Shown piece by piece: positions 34,979 to 44,250 of a stretch of 64,000 bases of DNA. The stretch covers positions 13,439 through 77,438 of the forward strand of contig JBLMXY010000012.1 in assembly GCA_050257975.1 (NCBI GenBank), read 5' to 3'. The position numbers and the translations under genes are program-made. The notes under the pieces were generated by a model. That model was not told the DNA's origin, did no database searches, and worked only from the letters and a program-made list of their open reading frames with translations. How positions within the stretch are numbered: position 1 is the first letter of the stretch; every line of letters starts with the position of its first letter. The stretch comes from Acidobacteriota bacterium. GTDB taxonomy: Bacteria; Acidobacteriota; Thermoanaerobaculia; UBA5066; Gp7-AA6.

Positions 34979-36360
34979 GGTTTCTGCGGCTTCGCCGCCT
35001 GCACTTCGTCGGAGCCGGCGGCGTCGGGATGAGCGGCCTCGCGGAGATCCTGCTCCTCTCGACCCCGCTCGAGATCTCGGGCTGCGACCTGCAGCGCTCG
35101 GAGAACACGGACCGGCTCGCCAGGCTCGGCGCCCGGATCGCGATCGGGCACGACCCGGCGCACGCGAAGGAGGCGGACCTGATGGTCATCTCCTCGGCCG
35201 TGGCGGAGTCGAACCCCGAGGTCGCCGCGGCGCGCGCGGCGGGAATTCCCGTCATCCGCCGCGCCGAGATGCTGGGCGAGATCATGCGCTTGAAGCAGGG
35301 CATCGCAATCGCCGGCACGCACGGCAAGACGACCACGACCTCGATGACCGGCATGGTCCTGACCGAGGCGGGCTTCGATCCGACGATCGTCGTCGGCGGC
35401 CAGGTCCGCATCCTCGGCACGGGAGCGCGCCTGGGCTCGGGCGAGTACCTGGTCGCGGAGGCGGACGAATACGACCGCTCCTTTCTCGAACTGACCCCGG
35501 TCGTCGCGGTGATCACCAACGTCGAGGCCGATCACCTCGACACGTACCGCGACTTGAACGAGATCGTGGACGCCTTCACGGCGTTCGCCAACCGCGTCGC
35601 GTTCTACGGCGCGGTGATCGGGTGCGCGGACGACCCGGGCGCCCTGCGCGTGCTGCAGCGGGTCAAGCGCCGTGTCGTGACCTACGGCGAGTCCGCCGAG
35701 GCCAACCTCCAGGCGCGCGCCATCCGGCCCGATCCCGCCGGCACGACCTTCGAGGTCTGGGAGGGAGACCGCTGGCTGCTCGGGACGGTCCGCCTCGCAA
35801 TCGCCGGGCGCCACAACGTGGCCAACGCCCTGGCGGCCGTGGCGGTCGGGCGCGAGCTCTCGATTCCCTTTCCGACGATCGCGGCGTCGCTCGGGGCGTT
35901 CTCGGGCGTCGTGCGCCGCTTCGAGACCAAGGGGGAGCGCCGTGGCGTGCTCGTCGTCGACGACTACGCGCACCATCCGACGGAAATCGCGGCGACGCTC
36001 GCCGCCGCGCGCCAGGTTTATCCGGCACGGCGCCTGGTGGCGCTCTTTCAACCCCACCTCTTCTCGCGGACGCGGGACTTCGCGGCGGACTTCGGTCGCT
36101 CGCTGTGCAAGAGCGACGTCGCGATCGTCACCGACGTCTATCCCTCCCGCGAGAAACCGATTCCCGGCGTAACCGGGGAACTGATCCTGAATGCCGCTCG
36201 AGCGGCCGGGCATCCAAACGCGGTCTATGTCTCTGATAAGAAAGAAGTTATCCGGTCGCTGGAAGCGATACTCAGGCCGGGCGACCTGCTCCTGACGATG
36301 GGAGCGGGGGACGTCGTGCGCCTGGGCGAGGAGTTTCTCGCGCGGGGGGAGCGTGGCTGA
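34975..36360 (+). CDS. murC: UDP-N-acetylmuramate--L-alanine ligase MurC
   Basis: HFVGAGGVGMSGLAEIL, IAGTHGKTTTTSM and DDYAHHPTEI. The GTG start overlaps the murG stop. Confidence 0.9.
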   Translation: MRFLRLRRLHFVGAGGVGMSGLAEILLLSTPLEISGCDLQRSENTDRLARLGARIAIGHDPAHAKEADLMVISSAVAESNPEVAAARAAGIPVIRRAEMLGEIMRLKQGIAIAGTHGKTTTTSMTGMVLTEAGFDPTIVVGGQVRILGTGARLGSGEYLVAEADEYDRSFLELTPVVAVITNVEADHLDTYRDLNEIVDAFTAFANRVAFYGAVIGCADDPGALRVLQRVKRRVVTYGESAEANLQARAIRPDPAGTTFEVWEGDRWLLGTVRLAIAGRHNVANALAAVAVGRELSIPFPTIAASLGAFSGVVRRFETKGERRGVLVVDDYAHHPTEIAATLAAARQVYPARRLVALFQPHLFSRTRDFAADFGRSLCKSDVAIVTDVYPSREKPIPGVTGELILNAARAAGHPNAVYVSDKKEVIRSLEAILRPGDLLLTMGAGDVVRLGEEFLARGERG

Positions 36361-37120
36361 GACGGGGTTCCTGCGCCAGGGCCGCGTGCCGCCGCGCCGC
36401 AAGCGGGCGTTCGCCGCCGCGCGGACCGCCGGCGGGGCCGGACTCGCGGCGCTCGCCGTCTTCGGAATCTGGCGTCTGGCGTCGGGATCGCTCTTCACGC
36501 TCCGGCGCTTCGAAATTTCTGGCAACCAGCGGGCTCGCACCGAAGAAATTCTGGCAGTCCTCGCTCCCTACCAAACGAAGAATCTGTTGACGCTCGATCT
36601 TGCCCCGGTCGCGCATCGGCTGCTCGCGCGTCCGTGGCTCGAGCGCGTCACGCTCTCCAAGCGTTTTCCCGACGGCCTCGAGATCCGCGTCCGGGAAAAG
36701 CGTCCGGTGGCGCTGTGGCGCGACGGCTCCGCGCGCCTGCTCTTCCTGGGAGAAGACGGCCGTCCGATCGCGCCGTACGATCCCCGCGCCGATTCCGCGG
36801 AGTACGTGATCGTTTCGGGTGATTCGCGGTCGCTGCCGCAGCTCGTCGGCCTCCTCGAGGAGCTGCGCGTGAAGAGCCCCGACTACTTCGCGGCGCTTTC
36901 GGAAATCGATGCGCTGCCCGACGCGGGATTCGGTATGATGGATTCGATATTCCGGAAGCCGGTGCGAGTCCTTCGGCGGGACGCTTCCGAAAAAGTTGCC
37001 GCGCTGCTCCGGGCGCGGAATCTCATGCAGAGTCGGGGCTGGGAGGCGCGGGCGATCGACCTCCGTTTCGCGGATCAGATCGTGCTGGTGGGCGCGTGGG
37101 GCGCGGGGCACTCGTTGTGA
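36353..37120 (+). CDS. ftsQ: Cell-division protein FtsQ (POTRA domain)
   Basis: An N-terminal TM is followed by LRRFEISGNQRARTEEI...LLARPWLERVTLSKRFPDGLEIRVREKRPVALW (POTRA). It overlaps the murC end by 8 nt. Confidence 0.8.
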   Translation: MAETGFLRQGRVPPRRKRAFAAARTAGGAGLAALAVFGIWRLASGSLFTLRRFEISGNQRARTEEILAVLAPYQTKNLLTLDLAPVAHRLLARPWLERVTLSKRFPDGLEIRVREKRPVALWRDGSARLLFLGEDGRPIAPYDPRADSAEYVIVSGDSRSLPQLVGLLEELRVKSPDYFAALSEIDALPDAGFGMMDSIFRKPVRVLRRDASEKVAALLRARNLMQSRGWEARAIDLRFADQIVLVGAWGAGHSL

Positions 37121-37226
37121 GGACCGGCAGGCGAAAGAGGCGAGAGGGGAGACGAAGTCCTTGTCCGATGTTTCCGACCGTTCCCTTTCTCCCGTTTCGA
37201 GTCTCCCGTCCTCCGGTTTTCTGAGA

Positions 37227-38450
37227 ATGGCGAAACCGGAGAATTTTCTCGTCGCCTGCGACATCGGATCCTCGAAGATCTGCGTCCTGATCGGCGAGCA
37301 GAACGCCCACGGCTCGCTCGACGTCATCGGCAAGGGCGCCGCCGCCAACCGCGGGACCCGGAAGGGGAACATCGTCAACGTCGACGCGACCATCGAGGCC
37401 ATCAAGCGGGCGGCCGAAGAGGCCGAGATCATGGCGGGGGTGCAGATCTCCCGGGCCTGGGTGGGCGTCTCCGGCTCGAATGTCCGTTCCTTCAACAGCC
37501 GCGGCGTCGTGGCGGTCGCCGGCAAGGACCGGGAGATCACGCGGGACGACGTCGCGCGCGTCATCGACGCCGCCCGGGGGGTCCAGATCCCGCAGGACCA
37601 CGAGGTCGTTCACGTGGTCCCGCGCGATTTCGCGGTGGACGGGCAGGACGGCGTGGGCGATCCGGTCGGGATGGTGGGCTCGCGCCTGGAGGCGGACGTC
37701 CACGTCGTGACCGCGCCCGTCGCGGTCACGCAGAACATCGTGACCTGCGTGAACAAGGCCGGCATCGAGGTCGTGCAGCTCGTGCTCGAGCAGTTCGCCG
37801 CCGCCGAGGCCGTCCTGACGCCCGACGAGAAGGAGCTCGGAATCGCGCTCGTGGACATCGGCGGCGGCACGACCGAGCTCGCCGTCTACCAGCGCGGGTC
37901 GATCGCTCATACGGCGGTGATCCCGATCGGCGGGGACCATTTCACCAACGACCTCGCCGTGGTGCTGCGGGCTCCGATCACCGACGCGGAGCGGATCAAG
38001 AAGAAGTTTGGGTGCGCGCTTCGCTCCTCGGTGGCCGAGGACGAGATGGTCGAGGTACCCATGGTGGGCGGCCGCGCGCCGAAGCTCTGCCCCCGAACGA
38101 CGCTCTCCGAGATCCTGCAGCCAAGGGCCGAGGAGCTGCTCGGCCTGGTTCGGGAGGACCTCCAGCGGCTCGGGCTCGACAAGGAGATCCGGTCGGGCAT
38201 CGTCCTGACCGGCGGCGGGGCGGAGCTCGACGGACTCGTCGAGGTCGCCGAGGGCATCTTCGAGGGACCCGTGCGCCGCGGGATTCCGGCGGGGGTGGGG
38301 GGCCTGGTCGACGTCGTCTCCCGCCCCGAGTGGGCGACGGCGACGGGTCTTCTGCTCTACGGGCATCGATACAAGCCGCGCAAGCGCCGCGCCGAAGGCC
38401 TCTCGCGGATCACGAGCTCGGTGGCGAAAGCCTTTCGGGAGTTTTTTTGA
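37227..38450 (+). CDS. ftsA: Cell-division protein FtsA
   Basis: [30 protein letters not shown] and [12 protein letters not shown], an actin-like ATPase pattern. Confidence 0.9.
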   Translation: MAKPENFLVACDIGSSKICVLIGEQNAHGSLDVIGKGAAANRGTRKGNIVNVDATIEAIKRAAEEAEIMAGVQISRAWVGVSGSNVRSFNSRGVVAVAGKDREITRDDVARVIDAARGVQIPQDHEVVHVVPRDFAVDGQDGVGDPVGMVGSRLEADVHVVTAPVAVTQNIVTCVNKAGIEVVQLVLEQFAAAEAVLTPDEKELGIALVDIGGGTTELAVYQRGSIAHTAVIPIGGDHFTNDLAVVLRAPITDAERIKKKFGCALRSSVAEDEMVEVPMVGGRAPKLCPRTTLSEILQPRAEELLGLVREDLQRLGLDKEIRSGIVLTGGGAELDGLVEVAEGIFEGPVRRGIPAGVGGLVDVVSRPEWATATGLLLYGHRYKPRKRRAEGLSRITSSVAKAFREFF

Positions 38451-38491
38451 GCCGGCGGCGGAACGGAAAAGAGCGAGGGAGGGAGCGAACG

Positions 38492-39652
38492 ATGATCGAG
38501 TTCGTGGGCGAGGACAAACCGCATCGGCTCTCGATCGAGTTGGAGGGCGGCGACGCCTCCCCCGCGACGATCAAGGTCATCGGCGTGGGAGGCGGCGGGG
38601 CCAACGCGGTCAATCGGATGATCGCGGCGGGCCTGCGGGGAGTGGAGTACATCGCCTGCAACACCGACCTGCAGGCCCTGCGGATGGCGGTGGCGCCGAT
38701 GAAGCTTCAAATCGGCTCCCGGCTGACCAAGGGCCTGGGCGCCGGCGCGGATCCCGAGGTCGGGAGAAACGCCGCGCTCGAGGATCAGGAGAAGCTCGCC
38801 CAGGTCGTCAAGGGCGCCGACATGGTGTTCCTCGCCGCGGGACTGGGAGGCGGCACCGGATCCGGCGCCGGGCCGATCATCGCCAAGCTCGCGGCCGAGG
38901 CCGGCGCGCTGACGGTGGCCGTCGTGACCAAGCCCTTCGAGTTCGAGGGCAAGAAACGGATGCGCCAGGCGGAGCGCGCGGCGCGCGAGCTGCGCGACCA
39001 CGTGGACACGTTGATCACCATCCCGAACCAGAGGCTGCTCTCTTTCGTCGAGCGCAACACTCCCTTGAACGACGCCTTCAAGACCGCCGACGACGTGCTG
39101 CGGCAGGCGATCCAGGGCATCTCCGACCTGATCAACTGTCCCGGCGAGATCAACCTCGACTTCGCCGACGTCAAGAAGATCATGTCCGACATGGGACGGG
39201 CCTTGATGGGCACCGCCGTCGCGGAGGGCGAGAGCCGCGCCGTCCACGCCGCGCAGGCGGCGATCAGCTCGCCCCTGCTCGAGGATGCGTCGATCGAAGG
39301 CGCGCGCGGCGTGCTGATGAACATCACGGGCGGGGCGGATCTCACGCTGTTCGAGGTCAACGAGGCGGCCGAGATCATCCAGCAGGCGGCGGACCCGGAT
39401 GCGGAAATTCTCTTCGGGTGCGTCCACGACGAGAGGATGTCCGGCGTCGTCAAGGTGACGGTCATCGCCACCGGCTTCGACCGGGCCGAGGATGCGCAGC
39501 CGATTCCCGAGGAAGAGCAGAAGGCCGCCGCGCCGGTCCGCCCGGGGCGCGCGCCCTTCCTGCGCGGCGACGACTCGGGCGGCTTCGGTCCGAACGCGTC
39601 GGCGCGGGACGATTTCGACATCCCGACGGTTCTGCGGCGGCAGATGGATTAG
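38492..39652 (+). CDS. ftsZ: Cell-division GTPase FtsZ
   Basis: [29 protein letters not shown] (tubulin signature) and NTDLQAL. GGGAGG SD upstream. Confidence 0.95.
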   Translation: MIEFVGEDKPHRLSIELEGGDASPATIKVIGVGGGGANAVNRMIAAGLRGVEYIACNTDLQALRMAVAPMKLQIGSRLTKGLGAGADPEVGRNAALEDQEKLAQVVKGADMVFLAAGLGGGTGSGAGPIIAKLAAEAGALTVAVVTKPFEFEGKKRMRQAERAARELRDHVDTLITIPNQRLLSFVERNTPLNDAFKTADDVLRQAIQGISDLINCPGEINLDFADVKKIMSDMGRALMGTAVAEGESRAVHAAQAAISSPLLEDASIEGARGVLMNITGGADLTLFEVNEAAEIIQQAADPDAEILFGCVHDERMSGVVKVTVIATGFDRAEDAQPIPEEEQKAAAPVRPGRAPFLRGDDSGGFGPNASARDDFDIPTVLRRQMD

Positions 39653-40054
39653 GAAGCAGGAGCGGGGTCGTGGCGTAATGGAGGCGAGGGCCGCCTCCCT
39701 GCGCGCAGACGCGGCGGCCTGTGTCGCGGAAAGAGGGAACCTGGCCGCCGCTCCGCTCCGCCGGCGCATCTCGATCCAATCGAATCGTCAAACCTTGCGG
39801 GTGCGCCGGCAGAGAGGCCGCGCTCCGGGAGGCGGCCCTCGCCTTTGAAGCCGGCGCTGGTTGATTCGGGGGACGGCGGCCAACGTGGCGCAAGGAGCGC
39901 CTGGCCGCCGCCCGCCGGCGCCAGCTCCAGTAATGCGTGAGTATCGTCACGGCGGCGCCGGCGGGGGCGCCGGTTGCACCGTGCGGTTTACGATCTTCGG
40001 GAGGCGGCCTGTCGTCGTCGCGGCCGAGCGCCCCGTGACTCTTTGGAGCACCGG

Positions 40055-40336
40055 TCAGTGGTGTTCGTGATGACCGTGATCGCCGTGATGGCGAAGGCGG
40101 GCGGCGAATTCCTTTTCTCGTCGGATGATCTCCAGGCGCTTCTTGCGCGCCTTGTTGCGCCAGCGCCGGTAGGCATGCGCGATGCGCGGGTGACGGTGCA
40201 TGAAGCGCCAGATGCGTCGGCGAACCGGGGGAAAGACGAGAGAGAAGAAGAGCAGGCTCATCACGAAGAACGGGACCTGAGGCATGACCGGGATGAGAAT
40301 TCCGATCACACCGAGGATGAAGAAGAAGATTCCCAT
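40055..40336 (-). CDS. Small 2-TM membrane protein (DUF454/YbaN-like N-terminus) with His-rich C-terminal tail
   Basis: MGIFFFILGVIGILIPVMPQVPFFVMSLLFFSLVF..., then a basic helix ending in HHGDHGHHEHH. Confidence 0.6.
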   Translation of the reverse strand: MGIFFFILGVIGILIPVMPQVPFFVMSLLFFSLVFPPVRRRIWRFMHRHPRIAHAYRRWRNKARKKRLEIIRREKEFAARLRHHGDHGHHEHH

Positions 40337-40406
40337 GGCGAGGTTCCAGGCTTTTCCGCGTCGGCGTTTCCGGCGGGTTCCTGCCCTCGAGGGGGTTTCT
40401 GTTCTC

Positions 40407-40422
40407 AGAATCGGCCGATTCT
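40407..40422. promoter_or_regulatory. Perfect 16-bp palindrome AGAATCGGCCGATTCT (candidate operator)
   Basis: The sequence is self-complementary. It lies about 70 nt upstream of the His-tailed membrane protein start and next to the tRNA-operon terminator. Confidence 0.35.
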
Positions 40423-40429
40423 AACCTCG

Positions 40430-40456
40430 AAAAAAAAAGCGCCCGCCGAAGCAGGC
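40430..40456 (-). terminator. Intrinsic terminator downstream of the tRNA-Glu locus
   Basis: The minus strand reads GCCTGC-TTCG-GCGGGC GC TTTTTTTTT (6-bp stem with one G-U pair, a tetraloop and a U9 run). Confidence 0.6.
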
Positions 40457-40569
40457 TCCCGAAAGGATCCGCGAAGCGGGAACGAGAAGGAGATTTTGAG
40501 CGCTGCCGGATGAGCCGGGGATCCTGGCGCGAGGCGGGACGCAGCTTGTGCGTTAGAGGCGAGGCAGAA

Positions 40570-40668
40570 TCCGGTAGCTCATACGGGAATCGAGTCCGCG
40601 TCGCGCCGGCGAGGCGCGCCTGAGAGGAGTCGCCTTGAGAGGGCAGCGTCCGAGGACGCAGCGTGGGG
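40570..40668 (-). pseudogene. tRNA-Glu-derived tRNA-like remnant (unit C)
   Basis: The minus strand contains GGACGCTGCCCTCTCAAGGC (an anticodon-arm copy) and GACTCGATTCCCGTATGAGCTACCGG (T-arm and 3' acceptor-like). A roughly 32-nt GC-hairpin is inserted and no 5' acceptor strand matches. Confidence 0.45.
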
Positions 40669-40687
40669 CTTGGAGGCAGGCTAGACC

Positions 40688-40762
40688 TGGTAGCCCATAC
40701 GGGAATCGAACCCGTATTTCAGCCTTGAGAGGGCTGCGTCCTAACCGTTAGACGAATGGGCC
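40688..40762 (-). tRNA. tRNA-Glu (anticodon CUC)
   Basis: The minus strand reads GGCCCATTCGTCTAACGGTTAGGACGCAGCCCTCTCAAGGCTGAAATACGGGTTCGATTCCCGTATGGGCTACCA. It folds by hand into a cloverleaf with a 7-bp acceptor stem, anticodon loop CTCTCAA, T-loop TTCGATT and an encoded CCA. Confidence 0.9.
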
Positions 40763-40806
40763 AAACGGGCAGGGCACGTTAGCACGAGGGTAGATTTTCC
40801 GGCAAG

Positions 40807-40946
40807 CCGGAGGGAATCGAACCCGTCTCGCGCCGCAAAGGCGCGGGCGCGCCGGAGGCGCGCGCTTGAGAGGGAGTGCCTTGAGAGGGCTGCGGAGCGG
40901 CGGCGACCGCGGGAGCGAAGCGTCCCAACCGTTAGGCGAATGGGCC
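40807..40946 (-). pseudogene. tRNA-Glu-derived tRNA-like remnant (unit B)
   Basis: The 5' half GGCCCATTCGCCTAACGGTTGGGACGC is nearly identical to the true tRNA. A 27-nt insert follows, then CAGCCCTCTCAAGGC, a roughly 50-nt double GC-hairpin insert and GGGTTCGATTCCC. The 3' acceptor strand is missing. Confidence 0.45.
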
Positions 40947-41057
40947 AAACGGGCAGGGCACGTCGGCAGGGGGGCAGATTTTCCGTCAGGCCGGAGCACC
41001 GAGCTCGGGAGAACGGTGAATGAAGGCGAATCGGCCCGGCTGAGTTCCGCCGGAGCG

Positions 41058-42386
41058 CTACGACGCCTGGGGCGCGGCCGGATGAGGCGCCTGCCCCGGC
41101 CGATACTTCACCCAGCGCAGGATCTCCGGAATGGTCGGCTTCTTTCCGTACATCAGGATGCCCACGCGGTAGATCCGCCCGGCCAGCCACGCCAGGCCGA
41201 TGGTCGTCGCGATCAGGATCGCGACCGAGAGCGCGACCTGCCAGCCCGGCGGCTGGCCCATCGACGTCCGCAGGAACATCGCCAGCGGCGAGGTGAACGG
41301 GAAGAGGGACGCGAACAGCGCCACGCTTCCGTTGGGATTGTTCATGAGCGCGGGGAAGAACGCCCACACCGAGACGATGAACATCATCGGGATCATCGCG
41401 AGCTGCTGGGCCTCCTGGTCGGTGTTGAACGGCGCCCCGATCGCCGTGTAGATGCTCGCGTAGAGGAAGTATCCGCAGACGAAGAACAGAACGAAGTACA
41501 GGATCATCGACATGGGGATCTTCGGGATTCCGGTGTCACTGGTGGTCAGGATGGCCGCGATGGCCGGCAACGAGAGGTTCATCGCCACGATGGACCAGAT
41601 CAGGTACTGCGTCAGCCCGACCAGCCCGATGCCGATGATCTTGCCGAGCATCAGCTCCGTCGGCCGCACGGAGGCGATGATCACCTCGACGATGCGGTTG
41701 GTCTTCTCGTCGATCACGCCCTTCATGTTCTGCATGCCGTACATGAGGAAGGTCGTGTACAGGATGATCATGAAGATGAGCACCGTGAGGAAGGCCGCGC
41801 CCTTTTCTTCGGTGGCGCCGGCCTTCGTGACCTTGAAGGGCTTCAGATCGACGCGCCGCTCGAGCTCGGTCGCCAGCTCCGGGGGCAGGCCGCGGTTCGC
41901 GATGCGCTCCTTGAGCAGAACGTGGTTGACGGCGCGCTCGAGCTGGTTCAAGGCCACGAACTCGGAGACGCTGGTCGAGTAGTACTCGATGCGCTCCTTC
42001 TCGATCTGGCCCGGGTCGAGGACCAGGTACCCGTCGATCTTCTTGGCGAGAACGTTCTGGCGCAGCGCCTCCTTGGCGGCGGCGAGGTTCCCGGCGGCGT
42101 CGCGTCTCTCGACCACCCAGTGCACTCCCCGGCCGGTCTCCGGGTCCTTGTGGCTCTTTTCCTCGCGTTCCCGCAAGTCGGCGGCGAGCGGCTCGTAGAG
42201 ATGTCCCGTGACGTCGATCACCGCGATTTTCCGGTCTCCGACGGCGCGGTGGCTCGTGGCGACCTGAATGGCGATGTAGCCGAAGAAGAAGATCGGGATC
42301 AGCGCGGTGCCGACCCAGAACGCCTTGGTGCGGACCCGCTCGATGTATTCCCGGCGGATGACGGCGAAGATCTTCTTCCAGCTCAT
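41058..42386 (-). CDS. ABC-2 family exporter permease (NatB-like)
   Basis: 442 aa. An N-terminal TM is followed by a large extracytoplasmic domain and 5 C-terminal TMs. It lies 8 nt downstream of the ATPase gene. Confidence 0.8.
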   Translation of the reverse strand: MSWKKIFAVIRREYIERVRTKAFWVGTALIPIFFFGYIAIQVATSHRAVGDRKIAVIDVTGHLYEPLAADLREREEKSHKDPETGRGVHWVVERRDAAGNLAAAKEALRQNVLAKKIDGYLVLDPGQIEKERIEYYSTSVSEFVALNQLERAVNHVLLKERIANRGLPPELATELERRVDLKPFKVTKAGATEEKGAAFLTVLIFMIILYTTFLMYGMQNMKGVIDEKTNRIVEVIIASVRPTELMLGKIIGIGLVGLTQYLIWSIVAMNLSLPAIAAILTTSDTGIPKIPMSMILYFVLFFVCGYFLYASIYTAIGAPFNTDQEAQQLAMIPMMFIVSVWAFFPALMNNPNGSVALFASLFPFTSPLAMFLRTSMGQPPGWQVALSVAILIATTIGLAWLAGRIYRVGILMYGKKPTIPEILRWVKYRPGQAPHPAAPQAS

Positions 42387-42393
42387 CGTGGCC

Positions 42394-43329
<936 letters not shown>

Positions 43330-43427
43330 CTTACTCTTACGGCCGGGATGGCCGGGAGTTTATCCGGGATGGGCCACCAGAAGACGGGTTTGGCCCGATT
43401 CCGGGGGACTGCCGCGCGGTGATTCGT

Positions 43428-43517
43428 TGGCGGAGAGGGAGGGATTCGAACCCTCGAAACCCTTTCGGGCTTACCGGTTTTCGAGACCGGCCTGATCAAC
43501 CACTCCAGCACCTCTCC
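43428..43517 (-). tRNA. tRNA-Ser (anticodon CGA)
   Basis: The minus strand reads GGAGAGGTGCTGGAGTGGTTGATCAGGCCGGTCTCGAAAACCGGTAAGCCCGAAAGGGTTTCGAGGGTTCGAATCCCTCCCTCTCCGCCA. It has a long variable arm, anticodon loop CTCGAAA and an encoded CCA. Confidence 0.9.
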
Positions 43518-43571
43518 GGGCCGGCCGGAGGGCGAATCCTAACGGATTCCGCGGCCGGCTCGAAGCCGGAA

Positions 43572-44033
43572 TCAGCGGCGCGCCTGGAAGAAGAGGCGAA
43601 GAAGCTCCGCGGACTCCTCGGCCAGAACGCCCCCCTCCACGGCGCAGCGGTGATTGAGCCTCGGGTCCTGGGGGATGTTGCCGAGGGTGCCACAATAGCC
43701 CGCCTTCGGGTCCGCGCATCCGAATACGATTCGCGCGATGCGCGCGTTGACGGCGGCTCCCGCGCACATGGCGCAGGGCTCGACCGTCGCGTAGAGCGTC
43801 GCCCCGTCGAGGCGCCAGGTGCCGACGGCCCTGGCCGCCTCGCGGATCGCCTCGACCTCGGCGTGCAGAGTGGGGTCGGCCAGCGCTTCCCGCCGGTTGC
43901 GGCCGCGGCCGATCATCTTTCCCTCGCGCACGACCACCGCCCCGACCGGCACTTCCTGCTCTCCGAACGCGATTTTCGCGAAGGCGAGCGCCTCCTTCAT
44001 GAAGTGGCGATCGTCGTCGGCGCTCGATGGCAT
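43572..44033 (-). CDS. tadA: tRNA adenosine(34) deaminase TadA
   Basis: CDA zinc motifs HAEVEAI and PCAMCAGA, in a 153-aa protein. Confidence 0.9.
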   Translation of the reverse strand: MPSSADDDRHFMKEALAFAKIAFGEQEVPVGAVVVREGKMIGRGRNRREALADPTLHAEVEAIREAARAVGTWRLDGATLYATVEPCAMCAGAAVNARIARIVFGCADPKAGYCGTLGNIPQDPRLNHRCAVEGGVLAEESAELLRLFFQARR

Positions 44034-44040
44034 CCTATGA

Positions 44041-44138
44041 AGCTATCAGCTGAAGGCTGTCGGCGAAGAGCCGGAGACGGCGCCGATCGTAGGCAAGCCA
44101 CTTAGCTGAAAGCTGATAGCTGACAGCGGAGAGCTTGA
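44041..44138. repeat. Heptamer-register repeat element (AGCTATC AGCTGAA ... AGCTGAA AGCTGAT AGCTGAC AGCGGAG AGCTTGA)
   Basis: The 7-nt register is kept across 98 nt (the arms are 63 nt = 9x7 apart). AGCTATCAGCT (44041-51) is the exact reverse complement of AGCTGATAGCT (44111-21). The element lies between tadA and tRNA-Arg. Confidence 0.8.
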
Positions 44139-44173
44139 AAACGCCATGCGTTTTCAGTACCCTCTGCGCCCCT

Positions 44174-44250
44174 GCGCCCATAGCTCAACTGGATAGAGCG
44201 TCTGACTACGGATCAGGAGGTTGGGGGTTCAAATCCTCCTGGGCGCACCA
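44174..44250 (+). tRNA. tRNA-Arg (anticodon ACG)
   Basis: GCGCCCATAGCTCAACTGGATAGAGCGTCTGACTACGGATCAGGAGGTTGGGGGTTCAAATCCTCCTGGGCGCACCA, with anticodon loop CTACGGA and an encoded CCA. Confidence 0.9.

Noticed and set aside
39861-40070. 69-aa ORF, and the overlapping 162-aa minus ORF (39462..39950), in the post-ftsZ region.
   Set aside because: They have no SD or motifs and are Arg/Pro/Gly-rich. The region is better explained as non-coding with inverted repeats.
40807-40946. Considered that the tRNA-like units are tRNA-Sec or intron-containing/long-variable-arm tRNAs (they contain TCA within CCTCTCAAGG).
   Set aside because: No acceptor stem can be formed: the 3' strand is missing in unit B and the 5' strand is missing in unit C. 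The T-stem is disrupted, and the loop register gives CUC as in the intact tRNA-Glu.
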